A DNA stretch of 64,000 bases from the human T2T-CHM13v2.0 reference genome, Homo sapiens. Location: the NCBI RefSeq assembly GCF_009914755.1, contig NC_060925.1; one strand, 5' to 3'. The translations under genes and the position numbers were made by a program. Position 1 is the first letter of the stretch. Every line of letters begins with the position of its first letter. Positions 43,531 through 57,534 of this stretch are shown here, in pieces. Under the pieces are notes generated by a model, which made no database searches, had not been told where the DNA came from, and was given only the letters and a program-made list of their open reading frames with translations.

Positions 43531-43826
43531 GAATTTGGAACAAAGAAGTGGGGCTTCTGCTATAACAAATACCTGAAAATGTGAAAGTGGCTTTGGAACT
43601 GGGTAATGGGTAGAAGCCAGAAGAATCTGGAGGAGCGAGCTAGAAAAAGTCCATATTACCATGAATGAAACCTTAAGGACAATTCCATGAGGGCTGAGAA
43701 GACGAGCTGTAGGAAGTACCTAAATCTTCTTAGGGATTACTTAAGTGGTTATGATTAGAATGTTGGTAGAAATATAAACAGTAAAGGCCATTCTGATGAG
43801 GTCTTAGACAGAAATTAGGAATATCT

Positions 43827-43833
43827 GTGTGTG

Positions 43834-43878
<45 letters not shown>
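43827..43878. repeat. (TG)n microsatellite
   Basis: Read directly. Confidence 0.97.
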
Positions 43879-43882
<4 letters not shown>

Positions 43883-43884
43883 AA

Positions 43885-44285
<401 letters not shown>

Positions 44286-44838
44286 AAGTAATTTCTTTAA
44301 AAAAAAAAAAAAGGAAACAAGATAATCAAGTACTCTGAGCACTTTCTTTTATTCTCTTAACTAGAATTTGGAGACCTCTGAAAAATTATATGAATGAAAA
44401 TAGTGGCTTTGGGAACCAAGTTTGTCATAATTTGGGGGAAGTTTTGGTTTTCTCAGCCAAAAGCTATATTATTTTAGAGTTAAAGTGTTATTATACATCA
44501 GCAATAAATTCAGGTAATACATGTCAACACATTTTGACCAGAAATTAGAAATATCTTATTGGAAACTGGAGTAATGGCCATCTGTGTTATAAATTTGCAA
44601 AGGACTTGGCTGAATTTTATCTATGTCTTAGGGCATTATGAAAGGTGGAATTGAGCAGTGAACTAGCATATTTAGTAGAAGAAATTTCTATGCAAAATAT
44701 TGGAGGAGCTGCCTCGCTACTTTTAACTGCATACGCTAAGATGCAAGAGGAGAGAAACAATTTAAAGGTGAAATTTATAATTAAAAGGCAAGCAGAGCAG
44801 AGTTCTCAGCCTGGACATGTAAAGAGTGAAGGCATCTT

Positions 44839-45130
44839 GGCCGGGCGCAGTGGCTCACACCTATAATCCCAGCACTTTGGGAGGCCGAGGCGGGCGGATC
44901 ACGAGGTCAGGAGATCAAGACCATCCTGGCTAACACGATGAAACCCCATCTCTACTAAAAATACAAAAATTAGCTGGGCGTGGTGGCAGGCGCCTGTAGT
45001 CCCAGCTACTCAGGAGGCTGAGGCAGGAGAATGGTGCGAACCTGGGAGGCGGAACTTGCTGTGAGCAGAGATAGCGCCACTGCACTCCAGCCTGGGTGAC
45101 AGAGAGAGACTCCGTCTCAAAAAAAAAAAA
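44839..45130 (+). mobile_element. AluY-like element
   Basis: Full length. Perfect 18-bp TSD AAAGAGTGAAGGCATCTT at 44821-44838 and 45131-45148. Confidence 0.97.
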
Positions 45131-46145
45131 AAAGAGTGAAGGCATCTTTAGGAGAACAAGGGCCAAACAACCCTTTGACAAAGGGATTAGCATGGATAGA
45201 AGTAAGCCAGGTGCTATTCAACAAGACAATAGGAGAAAGACCCCAAAGTCATTTCAGAGATCTTCGAGTCTACCCCTCCCATTATTGGTCCAGAACAGGA
45301 TCTTGAGGGCAATGTTTCCAGAGAGGTGCCAGTGGGATATCAGTATTTGCTGCCCTGAAATGCTTCAAGTCTCTGCTTCTCTCATTCCAGCACAGCATTT
45401 CTTCACAATCCCAGCTGTACCTCAAGTAGGCCCAGCTGCAACTTGTGCTCCCACTCCAGAAGATGTAAACAGTAGCCTTGGTGGTGTCCATGTGGTGTTA
45501 ATTCTATAGGTGTGCTAAATGCAAGAGCTGCGAGGCCATAGTAGCCTCCACTTAGATTTCAAAGGATGTCATGGACAGCTCGGAAATGCAGAGTAAAAAT
45601 GTAGGGTTGGAGCCTTGACAGAGAGTCCCCACTAGGGTAATGCCTAGTGGAGCCATGGGGGTAAGGCCACCTCAGAAGCCCCTGAGCTGTAGGGTCACCA
45701 GCATGCAACTTCAGCCTGGGAAACCTGCAGGCATGAGATTCCAACCCAGCAGAGTCACTGAGTGGACTGAGCCCAGGAAAGCCACAGAGGCAGGGCTACC
45801 TGATGCTTTGGGAGCCCATTCCCACCCTAGTATGCCCAGGATGTGGGACATGGAGACAAAGGAGAATATTCTCCAACTTTAAGACTTAATGTTCTCTTTT
45901 GGGTTTTGGACTTACGTGGGGGAAGTTATTCCTTCTTTTTGGCCTATTTCTCCCTTTTGAAATGGGAATGTCTATCCTATGCCTGTCCACCTGTTGTCTT
46001 TTAGAAGCACACAATTTGTTAATTTCACAGGTTCACAGCTGGAGAGCAATTTGACTCAAAACGAATCATGCCTATGTCTCACCCATATCTAATTCAGATG
46101 AGACTCTGGACTTTGGACTTTTGAGTTGATGATGAAAACAAGTTA

Positions 46146-46725
<580 letters not shown>

Positions 46726-46825
46726 TATTGGGATGAAATGGATATGGGGCTATTGGGATGAAATGAATGCATTTTTCATGTGAGAAGAACATGAATTTTA
46801 AGGGCTGGGGCATGGTTTCTGTGTA

Positions 46826-47117
46826 TGTCTATGGTTTGAATGTGTTTCTCTAAGTTTGTGCATTGGAAACTTAATCCCCAAAAAAACAGTGTTGAGAGGT
46901 GGAACCTTTAAGATGCTCTGGCTTCGTGAATGAATTCATGTTGTTATCTTGACAGTGGGTTAGTTAACATGGGAGTGGGTTCCTGATAAAAGGATGAGTT
47001 CATCCCCCTTACCTCCTAGAACTCTAGGAGGTAGAACTATAAGAAATAAATGTCTGTTCTTTATAAATTACCCAGTCTCAGATATTCTGTTATAACAGCA
47101 AAAAACAGACTAAGACA
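46826..47117 (+). mobile_element. MST (MSTC/MSTD-like) MaLR LTR with internal deletion
   Basis: CTATGGTTTGAATGTG..GGAAACTTAATCCCC..CAGTGTTGAGAGGTGG..GGGTTCCTGATAAAAGGATGAGTT...ATTACCCAGTCTCAG...GACTAAGACA. Confidence 0.88.
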
Positions 47118-47199
47118 GAGAATTGGTACCAGGAATGGTTTTAGAAGAACAGAATTTTTAGGATGAGTTTTCTTAATTGGTTTGGGGGTTTCTAGAATT

Positions 47200-48800
47200 G
47201 GCTGCCTAATCTGATTAGACCTAAAAGTGCTGAGAACTCTACTTATAATAGCACAGACAGCACTGATAGTTCATGGTATAAACTGTTTATCAGGATACAC
47301 AAAACATCTGTATTTGATACTCCTAACTAACCACTTATAAAAGGCAAGGAGCTTGGTAACTGTGTATATGATACCTTTGAACATTTGTGGAAAACCATAA
47401 ACAGCCTAAGAGCTTCTAAGTGTGCCCTGAGGGAGCATCTTCTCTCCTGTAGACGCAGGGCTGAAATAGCTGAAAATCAAACACAAGCCCTCATCATGCA
47501 ATTGGCTGAAAAACAACAAAAGTTGAACTCTCAGTCTCGAAGGCTGTCCACTTAAAGTGAGGGCATTTGTTGGTAAAGAATGAGGTCCCATAAGTCAGAG
47601 TGTAATGGTGTGGGAAAATCCAGGTGAGGCTGGGACATCAAGCTCCTAAATTCTGACGAGCATTGTTTGCCAGTGCTCTCCATTCCTAGCAGCAGCGCAT
47701 TCCCACCCACAGTGCGATCAGCCTTTCCACCTCTGATCCCACAGGGGATTAACTCTGCATTTGCCTGAGTAAATGGCAATGTCCTCCTCTGAGTCAGTTG
47801 TCAAGCAAGGCAATTGCTGATGCTCCTCAGGACTCAACTCTATCACCCCTCTTTGCTTCTAGATCTATAAAGAGACTCAAGTCCCAGCAGGCCCCTAAGA
47901 GTGAGGTACAAAGTGTGGCCCACCAGGAGGTGCGCTACACTACAAAGGAACTACTTGAGTTTTCTAACTTATATAAGCAGAAATCTGGGGAACATGTATG
48001 GGAATAGATATCAAGGGTGTGGGATAATGGTGGAAGGAACATAAAGTTGGATCAGGCCAAGTTTGTTGGTATGGGCCTACTAAGCTGAGATTATGCATTT
48101 AATGTTGCAGTTCAGGGAGTTAGGAAAGGTTCTAACACTTTGGTTGATTGACTCAAAAGATAGCCCACCATGAGTGAGTAGGAGCTGACCTAAACACCCT
48201 ATCTCCCAGTTTACAATAGAGGAAGGGATGCAAAGGCTTAGGGAGACTGGAATCCTAGAGTGGATTTGTCACTTAAAACCTCCTCACCCACACATACCTT
48301 TCACCAATACTTTGATAAATAGATTTGCAAGGGGAGCCCCAACATCCCTGAAGAGTTCCGTGATTGCTCTTCTCTGAAGACAGGTCCTTGAAGTGAGAAT
48401 TGCAGTCATTCAATTGAAAAAAAAAATGCAATGGTAATGATTGGATCCCAGGGTGGCAGGGGACAAGCGGCAGCATTCAATCATCCATAACAAGGTGGGT
48501 GTAGGTACCATAATGGACAGCAGAAGCAAAGCAACATTCAGAATAGTCTGACTCATGTAGATTCATATGCTGAATGAATGTGGTGCTGGCTAGTAAATCA
48601 TGATGTTCCTAGGAGTGAAATAAAGAATAAACCTACTAAGTTCTTACTTGATCTGTATTGGCAGAAAACTTTCAGGTCAAGTGAACAAGAGTTGAATTTG
48701 AATGATTAAAAGAGGGAATCACAGCCCCTCAATCAGTTCCCAGACTTGAGCCAGTTTACAGATCCAGAACCCCTTGAATGAAGAGGAGGCTGGGTCCCCT
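47200..48800 (+). pseudogene. gag: ERV-L gag, disrupted
   Basis: ORF 47798..48007 (RLKSQQAPKSEVQSV..EVRYTTKELLEFSNLYKQKSGEHVWE) matches ERV-L Gag. Many stops and frameshifts. Boundaries approximate. Confidence 0.8.
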
Positions 48801-48879
48801 CCAGGAAGAAACCTGGTACATTAGTGAGAATTTACCATTAATCTATCCCCCATTCTTCCCCAATGGGACTTCCTGCCTT

Positions 48880-51700
48880 TTACCAGGGTAACTGCATTGG
48901 AGGAAAGAAAATAATCAGACCTTTCAGGATTACTAGATCCTGGATCTCAACTAACAAGAGTCTTGGAACATCACTGCAGCCACCCAGTCAGTGTAAGTGC
49001 TTCTGGAGGTCCCGTAATCAATGTAGTTTTAGCTCAAGTCTGCCTCCCAGTGGGTACCCAAAACCCATCCAGTGGTCATCTCCCCAGTTCCAGATGCATA
49101 ATTACAATAGACATACTCAGCAGCTTTTGTTCCTTAACTTGTGTACTGAGGGCTATTGTAGTGGTAAAGACCAAATACAAGCCATTAGAACAGTCTCTAC
49201 TTAAGAAAATGGTAAACTAAAGCCAAAACCATATCCCTGGAGACAAATGCAGAGATTAGTGCCAACATGAAGGACTTGAAAAATACATGGGTGGTGATTC
49301 CCTCCACATCCTCATTCAACTCTCCTATTTGGCCTGTGCAGAAGACATGGATTCTGGAAAAGAACAGTGAATTATTAGCTTAACCAAGTGGTGACTCCAA
49401 TCACAGCTGCTATACAAGATGTGGTTTCATTGCTTGAGCAAATTAACACATCTCCTGGTACTTGGTATGCAGTTATTGATTTGGCAAATGCCTTTTTCTC
49501 CCTTTCTGTCTATAAGGCAGCTTGCTTCAGTTGGCAAGGCCAGCAATACACCTTCACTGTCCTACATCCGGAATACATCAACTCCCCAGGCCTATGTCAT
49601 AGTTTAGTTTCCAAGGATCTTGATCAATTTTCCCTTCCACAAGATATCACACTGGTCCATCACATTGATTACATTCTGCTAATGGACCTAGTGAGTAGTG
49701 AAGTAGTGACTACTGTGGACTTATTAGTAAGACATTTGCATGTCAGAGCGTGGAAAATAAATACAACTAACATTTGGGGTTCTTCTGCCTCAGTGAAATT
49801 TCTAAGGGTCCAGTGGTGTGGGGCATGTTAAGATATCCCTTCTAAGGTGAAGAATAAATTGCTGCATCTGGTCTTTCCTGCAACCAAGAAAGAGGTACAA
49901 TGCCTAGTAGGCTTATTTGGATTTTTGGAAGCAACACACTTCTCATTTGGGTGTGTTATTCCAGTGCATCTACTGAGTGACTGGAAAACCTGCTAGTTTT
50001 GAGTGGGGCCCAGAACAGGAGAAGGCTCTGCAACAGTGCCAAGCTGTTGTGCAAGCTGCTCTGCCATTTGGGTCATATAATTCAGAAGATCCAATGGTGC
50101 TTTAGATGTCAATGGCAAATAACGAAGCTGTTTGGCCACTTTGGCAGGCCCCTATAGATGAATCACAGCAGACGTCCTTAGGAGTTTGGAGTAAAATCCT
50201 ACCATCGTCTGCAGATAATTGCTCTCCTTTTGAGAGACAGCTCTTGGTCTGCCACTGGGCCTTAGTAGAAACTGAAGATTTGACTATCATTCACCAAGTT
50301 ACCATGCAACTTGAGCTGCCCGTCATGAATTGTATGTTATCTGACTCATCAAGCCATAAGCGTTGGATGTGCACAGCAGCACTCTGTCATCAAATGGAAG
50401 TAGTATATACATGATCAGGCCTGAGCAGGTCCTAACGGTACAAGAAAGTTACATGAAGAAGTGGCCCAAATGCCCATGGTTCTTACTCCTTCTACACTGC
50501 CTTCTCTTTCCCAGTCTGCACTTATGACTTCATAAGGAGTACCCTATGATAAGATTACAGAGGCAAAGAAGACTAGGGCCTGGTTTACAGATTGTTCTGC
50601 ACAATATGCAGGGACCACTCAAAAGTGGACAGTTGTAGTTCTACAGCCCATTTTGGGAGCATCTCTGAAGGACAATAGTAAAGGGAAATCTCAATGAGCA
50701 GAACTTAAGGCAGTGCATTTGGTTCTGCACTTAGCTTGGAAAAAAAAATGTCCATATGTGCAATTTGATACCAATTTATGGGCTGTAGCCAAAGGTTTGG
50801 CTGGATGGTCAGGGACTTCATTGGAAAATTGATGACAAAGACATCTGGGAAAGAAGTATGGATAGACTTCCCTGAGTGAACGAAAGATGTGAAGGTATTT
50901 GTGTGCCATATGAATGCTCACCAAAGGATGACCTCAGCAGAGGAGGATTCTAATAATCAAGTAAATAAGATGACCCATTCTATGGATATTAGTCACTCTT
51001 TTCCCAGCCACCCAATGGGCTCATGAAAGAAAGCAACCATAGCGGCAGGAATGGAAATTATATATGGGCTCAGCAAAATGGACTTCTACTCACCAAAATC
51101 TACCCAGCTAGGGCCACCTCTGAATGCTCAATCTGCCAGCAGCAAAGACCAGCATTGAGTCACTGATATGATCCCTGGGGTGATCAACCAGCTACCTGGC
51201 AGCAGATTGATTACACGGTACTGCTTTCATCATGGAAGGAACAGCACCTTACTAGGATAGAAACTTACTCTGGATATGGATTTGCCTTTCCTGCATTCAA
51301 TGCTTCTGTCAAAACCAGCACCCATAGACTTAAAGAATGCCTTATCTAACATCATGGTGTCCCACACAGCATTGCTTCTGACCAAGCAACTCACTTCACA
51401 GCCAAAGAAGTGCAGTAATGGCCTCATGCTCATGGCATTCACTGATTTGAAGCAGCTGACTTGAAGTTGCGGTTACAATGCCAGCTGGATTGTCACCTAC
51501 TGTCATACTTTGTAGGGTTGGGAAAAGTTCTCTGGAAGGTTGTGTATGTTCTGAATCAGCATTCAATATATGGTACTGTTTCATAGTGAGGATTCATAGG
51601 TTCAGATATCAAGGAATAGAAATGGATGTGGCACCACTCACCATTTCCCCTAGTGACCGACTAGCAATATTTTTGTTTCCGGTTCCCACAACTTTATGCT
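48880..51700 (+). pseudogene. pol: ERV-L pro-pol (protease, RT, RNase H, integrase), disrupted
   Basis: LLDPGSQLT at about 48930 (degenerate DTG protease motif). RT: WYAVIDLANAFF..QQYTFTVL..YINSP..LVHHIDYILL (YxDD degenerated). RT/RNase H region: SADNCSPFERQLL. Integrase: H..H..CxxC and IASDQATHFT near 51020-51400. Confidence 0.9.
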
Positions 51701-51714
51701 CTGCTAGTCAGAGG

Positions 51715-51990
51715 ATGAAAACTTCCACCAGGAGACAATAATGATTCCACTGAACTGGAAGTTAAGACTGCCACCTAGGCTCTTTGGGCACTTTATGCTT
51801 CTGAGTCAACAGACTAAGAAAGAAGTTGTAGTGTTGGCTGGGATGGTTGAGCCAGGCTTCCCAGAGGAAATTGAAACTACTACTCCATAATGGATGTAAG
51901 GAAGAGTATGGCTGGAATACAGGAGATCACTTAGAAAGTGTCCTAGTATTACCATGCCCTGTGGTTAAGGTCAATGGGAAATTACAACAA
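51715..51990 (+). pseudogene. ERV-L dUTPase, disrupted
   Basis: CCACCAGGAGAC..ATGATTCCACTGAACTGGAAGTTAAGACTGCCACC (IPLNWKLRLPP) and LLLHNG..LVLPCPVVKVNGKL, located downstream of integrase as expected in ERV-L. Confidence 0.75.
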
Positions 51991-52513
51991 TCCAATCCAG
52001 GCAGGACTACAAATGGTCCAGACCCTTCAGGAATGAAGGTTTGAGTTACCATGCCAAATAAAAAACAATGACCAGCTGGGGTGATTGCTGAAGGCAAAGG
52101 GAATACAGAATGGTTTACAGAAGGTAGTTACAAATATCAACTATCACAGCATGACCAGTTACAGAAAAGAGAACTATTTCATGACTATTTCTTCCTTACT
52201 TGGTTAAGAATATGTTTGTGTGTATATAGACATATATTAGGCAAATATCTTTGTTTTCATTCTTTTCTTATTCCTTTATCATGTAACATAAGACATATTG
52301 ACTTTATAACAATATTTAAGTACTGTTCATTTTACATCATAGTATTTAAGTTATGGGATATCCAGAGAATAGTAAACATTACCCAAGGACTTCACTTGAG
52401 GGAAGGATTAGTACATTTTCAGTAGGAACTATTACCTTGTTGTTACCTTTGTTTGGAGATTAAGTATGGTTTAAAGAAATACATATGGGTGCCAAGTTGA
52501 CTTGGGGTAGACT

Positions 52514-53090
52514 TGTGATGGTTAATTTTAGTTGTCAACTTGACAGGATTTCGAAATACCCAGAGAGTTTGTAAGCATTGCTTCTGGCTGTGTCTGCAAG
52601 GGTGTTTTCAGAGGAGAGTGGCATGTGAGTCAGTGAACTGAGTGAGGCAGATCTGCCCTCAATGTGGGTGGGCACCATCCATTTGGATGAAGGCCCAGAT
52701 AGAACAGAAAAGGGAGAGAAAAAGAGATATCCTTTCTCTTCCACCCTCCAGGAGCTGGGATGCTCTTCTTCTCCTACTTTTGGACATCAGAACTCCAGGC
52801 TCTCTGGCCTTTGGATTCCAGGACTATGCCAGTGCCCACTCCTCCCCATGTCTCACTCAGGCCTTTTCCACTGAACTAAGAATTACATCATCTGTGTCCC
52901 CCCTTCTGAGGCTTTTGAACTAAGACTGAGCCACACTGTCACCATCCCAGTGTCACCAGCTTGCAGCAGGCCTGTCATGGGACTTCTCAGACTCCATAAT
53001 CATGTGAGCCAAATTTCCTAATAAATCCCTTCATCTATCTACCTATCTCTCCTACCTGTTCTGTTTCTCTGGAGAACCCTGGCTAATACA
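52514..53090 (+). mobile_element. MLT2-family (ERV-L) 3' LTR
   Basis: TGTGATGGTTAATTTT...GGAGAACCCTGGCTAATACA, followed by TSD CAGTA (53091-53095). Confidence 0.95.
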
Positions 53091-54039
53091 CAGTACTGTG
53101 CTTTGAACTCCTCACAAGAAAGGTCCTAAAAAGTTAATGTCTATTATAAATATTCTCCTGAAATAGCTCAAATACATTGATACATATTATATATAAATGC
53201 AAAAATATGAACTCTTTAAGCACACTTCTTAAAACTCGGAAAATATCTGTGATTTGATTGATAGCTTACTTACCTATATTTTTCTCCTTAGAAATCACTT
53301 TCACACAAGCAGCATGTCAGGGTTCTTTATGGGAACAAAGTTTAACTCAAATTGTATTGTGGCTGTGTTTCAGCCAAGTTGATTATAGAGCCAGAAAACT
53401 AAGACTTGGTGTTTGTGGAAGGCAGAGGCAGATACAGATCTTGCACGAAAGCCTGTCCCCTGAAATTAGAGATGGATGAGAGATATGGACTTATTTTTTA
53501 GGATATGTTCCTTCCTGGATGTCAGATGCCATTTGTCACACCACAGATTTTGCTGTCTATCAGGATCTAGGTAAAAAGGTATTTCAGAGCTTAAGGAGTT
53601 TCTCTCCATATGAGCATTTTTATCCAAAGAGGCAGTCTCAATTTCTCTGAGAAGTTTAGAAAGTTGGAGAAAAGTACAACAGTGTGTGCACCATGGTATT
53701 TGGTAGGTTAGTTTTGTAGCTCAACTACTTCCTAATTTTAGAATCTACATTAATTCATTTATTCTTCTAATTCATTTATTCTTCTAGGGTGATTTCAACA
53801 AATCTATGTGTCCATGGTCTAACATGAACTACATGTATCCATGGTCTAAACATGAACTACATGGCTGTAAACAGTTTTCACTGATGACAAACTTAGTACC
53901 AGCGAGTAGTTGAGAAACTGGGAGAATCAATTTATTAAAAGTTGCAGATATGAGCATAGTTTGACACTATGCTTCAAAAGGCTTAAAAAAACAGTGCATA
54001 CCTAGTCACATAGTAAGTTTAGTTACAGGGCTATAAGGT

Positions 54040-54500
54040 GAGGAAATAATTAGACAATTGTGCAAGATTTATGAACACAAATGTTCATTGTAGAATCATT
54101 TATGATGGAGAAAACCTTATAAATAATCTAAGAATTCAGCAATAAGGGGTTGATTTGATAAATTATGATACATAAACATCTACATATGATGGAATACTAC
54201 TCATACCTTAAAAGTAATCTTGTAGAAGACTATTTAATGAGTAGAAAATTTTCAAGATATAGTAATTAAAAATCAGATCATAAAAATATATGTAGACTGC
54301 AATCCTCTTTTAAATGTGTATATGTATATGTGTGTATATATGTATATGTGTGTATATATGTGTGTCTGTATATACATATACATATATACACACACATAGA
54401 GGAAAATACTGAACTCTGATGACATAATGTGGGGCTGTTTTGTGCTTTTTTTCTATTTTCCACATTTTAGATTAATGATTTATTATAAATGGTATATTAT
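54040..54500 (+). mobile_element. L1ME-type 3'UTR relic
   Basis: TGTGCAAGAT..AATGTTCATTG...ATAAATTATGATAC...TGGAATACTA. Confidence 0.6.
54315..54398. repeat. Compound TA/TG/CA microsatellite
   Basis: Read directly. Confidence 0.9.
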
Positions 54501-55139
54501 TTTAAAAACAAAACAAAAACAGAATTCCTGGTGACATACCATGTATGTAGGAAGCCCAGGCCTTAAGTGACAATATTTTAATAGGACTGCTTTTACAGAG
54601 GTTTGATGAACGTGATGGAAGGGATACGCATGCATATGCACACACATAAGCACACACACAGTAAAGTACGTTTTTGATGCCACCTTTAACTTTCACTGTC
54701 TGTCTTAATGTTTTAAGTCTTTTCAAGTTGTAGTGACTAGTGGAGAATGTTTGAGAGAATTCCCCTTCATCAGTCTTAGATGTCCTTGATGGGCAGCTCC
54801 GCTTGAGTAGAGTTTCCTAGACTCTCTCAGCCACTGACCTTGCCCCTGCCCAAGAGAGAAGGAGTGATTTGTTTGCTGGTAACGCTGGCTCTGCCCCTCC
54901 TGGGCTTTTCTCTCTCCTTGTGGAGGTGCCTGTTCTCAGGGCACATTCTCAGTTTCTCTCTGTGGTGATCTCCCTTCAGTAGTCTGGGAGAGGCCTGTGG
55001 CTGTTCAGCTGTGTTGAAAGTGGGTAGCAAAAAATGTCAAATGCATTATATAGTTTTAAAAAGCCACAATTCTATTCATATCCTGAAATCCAGCTTTGAT
55101 CAGTAATATATTTGATTTTTTAAATCTTCTCGTATATAC

Positions 55140-56147
55140 AGAATTCAATTTTTTCCCTATATGCCACCAGTGAACAATTGACATTTGAAATAAAAAACAC
55201 AATGGCATTTATATTAACAACAAAAATCCTCAAACAAACATAACTTAGGGATGAGTCTAACAAAATGTGTACAAGATCTATATGAGGAAAATGAAAACCT
55301 TCTAATCAAAAGAAATCAAGGAAGATCTAAATAAATGGAGAGATATTCCATATATGTGGATAAGAAGACTCAATATTGTCAAAATGTCAGTTCTTTTCAA
55401 CTTGATCTAGAGATTCAATGTAATCCCAATCAAAATTCTAGCAAGTTATTTTGTGGATATTGACAAACTGGTGGTTTTAAAGTTTATATGGAAAGGCAAA
55501 AAAACTCAGAATAGCCAATGCGATATTGAAGGAGAAGAACAAAGTCAGAAAACTGACACTACCTGACTTCTAGACTTACTATAAAGCTGCAGTAATCAAA
55601 ACAGTATTGGTGAAAGAATGGACAAATAGATCAATGGAACAAAAGAGAGTCCTGAAATAGATACACACAAATATAGTCACCTTATCTTGGATAAAGGAAC
55701 AAAAGCAATACAGTGGGGAGAGGATAATCTTTTCAACAAATGGTGCTGGAACAACTGGACATCTACACAGAAAAAATTAATCTAGACACAAAACTTATGC
55801 CTTTCATAAAAATTAACTCATACATAGATCATAGACCTAAATGTGCAACGCAAATCTATAAAACTAGAAGATAACGTTAAGAGAAAATCTAGGTGATCTT
55901 GGGTATGACAATGGCTAAAAACATAACACTGAAAGCAGAATCCATGAAAGAAAAACCTGGCAAGTTGGACTCCATTAAAATGAAAAGTTTCTGCTCTGTG
56001 AAAGACACTGCTAAGAACATTAGAAGACAAGCCACAGACTGGGAGAGAGAAAATATCTGCAAAATACATAATTAGATAAAGAGTTGGCTTCCAAGATATA
56101 CAAGTAACTCTTAAAACTCAGTAATAGACAAACAACCCAATTAAAAT
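55140..56147 (+). mobile_element. L1M ORF2 internal fragment
   Basis: GAAGATCTAAATAAATGGAGAGATATTCCA..GAAGACTCAATATTGTCAAAATGTCAG...TTTTCAACAAATGGTGCTGG...AGACAAGCCACAGACTGGGAG. Confidence 0.9.
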
Positions 56148-56519
56148 CTATACCTACCTGTCTCTTATATCCATACGACAATTGGTTATTAACTTGGAGG
56201 AGTAAGAAATATGTATTGTTTACGCAACCTTCTCTCTGACAACAAAAAAAAGATCCTTGATGGAATAACTTTATGAAGGAGGTGTATAAAGAAGATAAAG
56301 TTCTCAGGCAATTCATGGGTAACTTATTGGGAGTTGAAGCTGAATGAGATGTTTATTGGAGAGAGGTGGGACACATTAGCAGGAACGTACTCATTTATTC
56401 CTATGGGGTACATTGAAGAAGTAGAGGCAGAATCTCAAGTGAGAAAATAAAACAAAAGAGGCTAGAGGAGGTTTGTTTGATTACAGAAGGAGGCAAGACA
56501 GGGCAAAGTTTACAAACTC

Positions 56520-56675
56520 AAGCTTAAGAGGCAAGTTACCCTGTGTGAACCTTGGCTTTGTCCCTTATAAGCTGTGGGAGCTTGGACAAGTCACTCAACC
56601 TCTGGGGGCTTCAGTTTCTTCATCTATAAAGTGGGAATAATAATGTTAGTAAGCACTTAATAAGCATTAGTTATT
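56520..56675 (+). mobile_element. MIR fragment
   Basis: GGACAAGTCACTCAACCTCT..CAGTTTCTTCATCTATAAAGTGGGAATAATAAT. Confidence 0.75.
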
Positions 56676-57277
56676 AAAACAAACAGAATATTCAGGAAGG
56701 TAGCGTGTTCTCTCATGCTTTGTACCTTGTTGTTCACACTGCAGACTAGATCTTTCTGGCTAATTCTTCATGTTAGAAGCATTTACCTTCAAGATCTTTA
56801 AAGGGAGGAGCAAATGCAACAACCAGTTCCACTACATTGAAGGAGGGCACTAAGTAAATAAAAAGAAAGACATTATAGACATACTTGAATCGTAGATTGA
56901 ATACTTGGAGGTGACATATGCTTTCTGCTTAGAATCAGCTACAGAAAGATACAATCTTTCTTGAAAAGTGGTAATTATTACATCCCTATATGAAGCAGTA
57001 AAACACTTACCTTGGATCACCAGGGATGCACCAGTCTTTTACTAAACTCACCAAGCTTTGCATCTGGTCTCAATGAGATGGGGAAACTGAAGCCAACATT
57101 TTGCTGTGACTTAATGTGGCTTTGTATAGAGCTAGGATACATGGGCAGGGATACCTAATTCAAGTTATGCATGGACTCTCCTGTACATCAGAAATGACCA
57201 GCAGATGCACCAAGGAAAGTTACTAAAACATAGTTATACCTCAATAAGTGCAGTTGTTATTCTTTCTACTCTGCTAA

Positions 57278-57534
57278 TTATTATTATTTTAGAGACAGTG
57301 TCTGGCTCTGTCACCAGGCTGGAGTGCAGTGGCATGATCATAGTTCACTACAGCCTCAAAGTCCTGGGCTCAAGTAATCCTCTTGCCTCAGTCTCCCAAG
57401 TAGGTGGGACTTCAGGCATAGACTGGGTCTTGCTATGTTGCCCAGGCTGGTCTCAAACTCCCAGCCTCAAGTGATCCTTCCGCCTCATACTCCCAAAGCA
57501 TTGAGATTACAGGCATGAGCCACTGTACCCAGGC
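57278..57534 (-). mobile_element. AluJ-like element with central deletion
   Basis: J diagnostics. The central A-rich linker region is missing (CAGGCATAGACTGGGTCTTG junction). Confidence 0.9.

Larger units (their letters stand above)
47118..52513 (+). mobile_element. ERV-L (HERV-L/ERVL-type) internal region, env-less
   Basis: PBS-like TGGTACCAGG, then gag, protease, RT, RNase H, integrase and dUTPase remnants in ERV-L order, and a PPT-like GGGGTAGAC before the 3' LTR. Confidence 0.95.

Noticed and set aside
43385-43878. Repeat arrays as CRISPR-like structures
   Set aside because: Simple microsatellites without unique spacers, in a primate genomic context.
49388-49831. 147-aa reverse transcriptase ORF as a functional or domesticated RT
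   Set aside because: The catalytic YxDD motif reads HIDY, and the fragment is bounded by stops and frameshifts.
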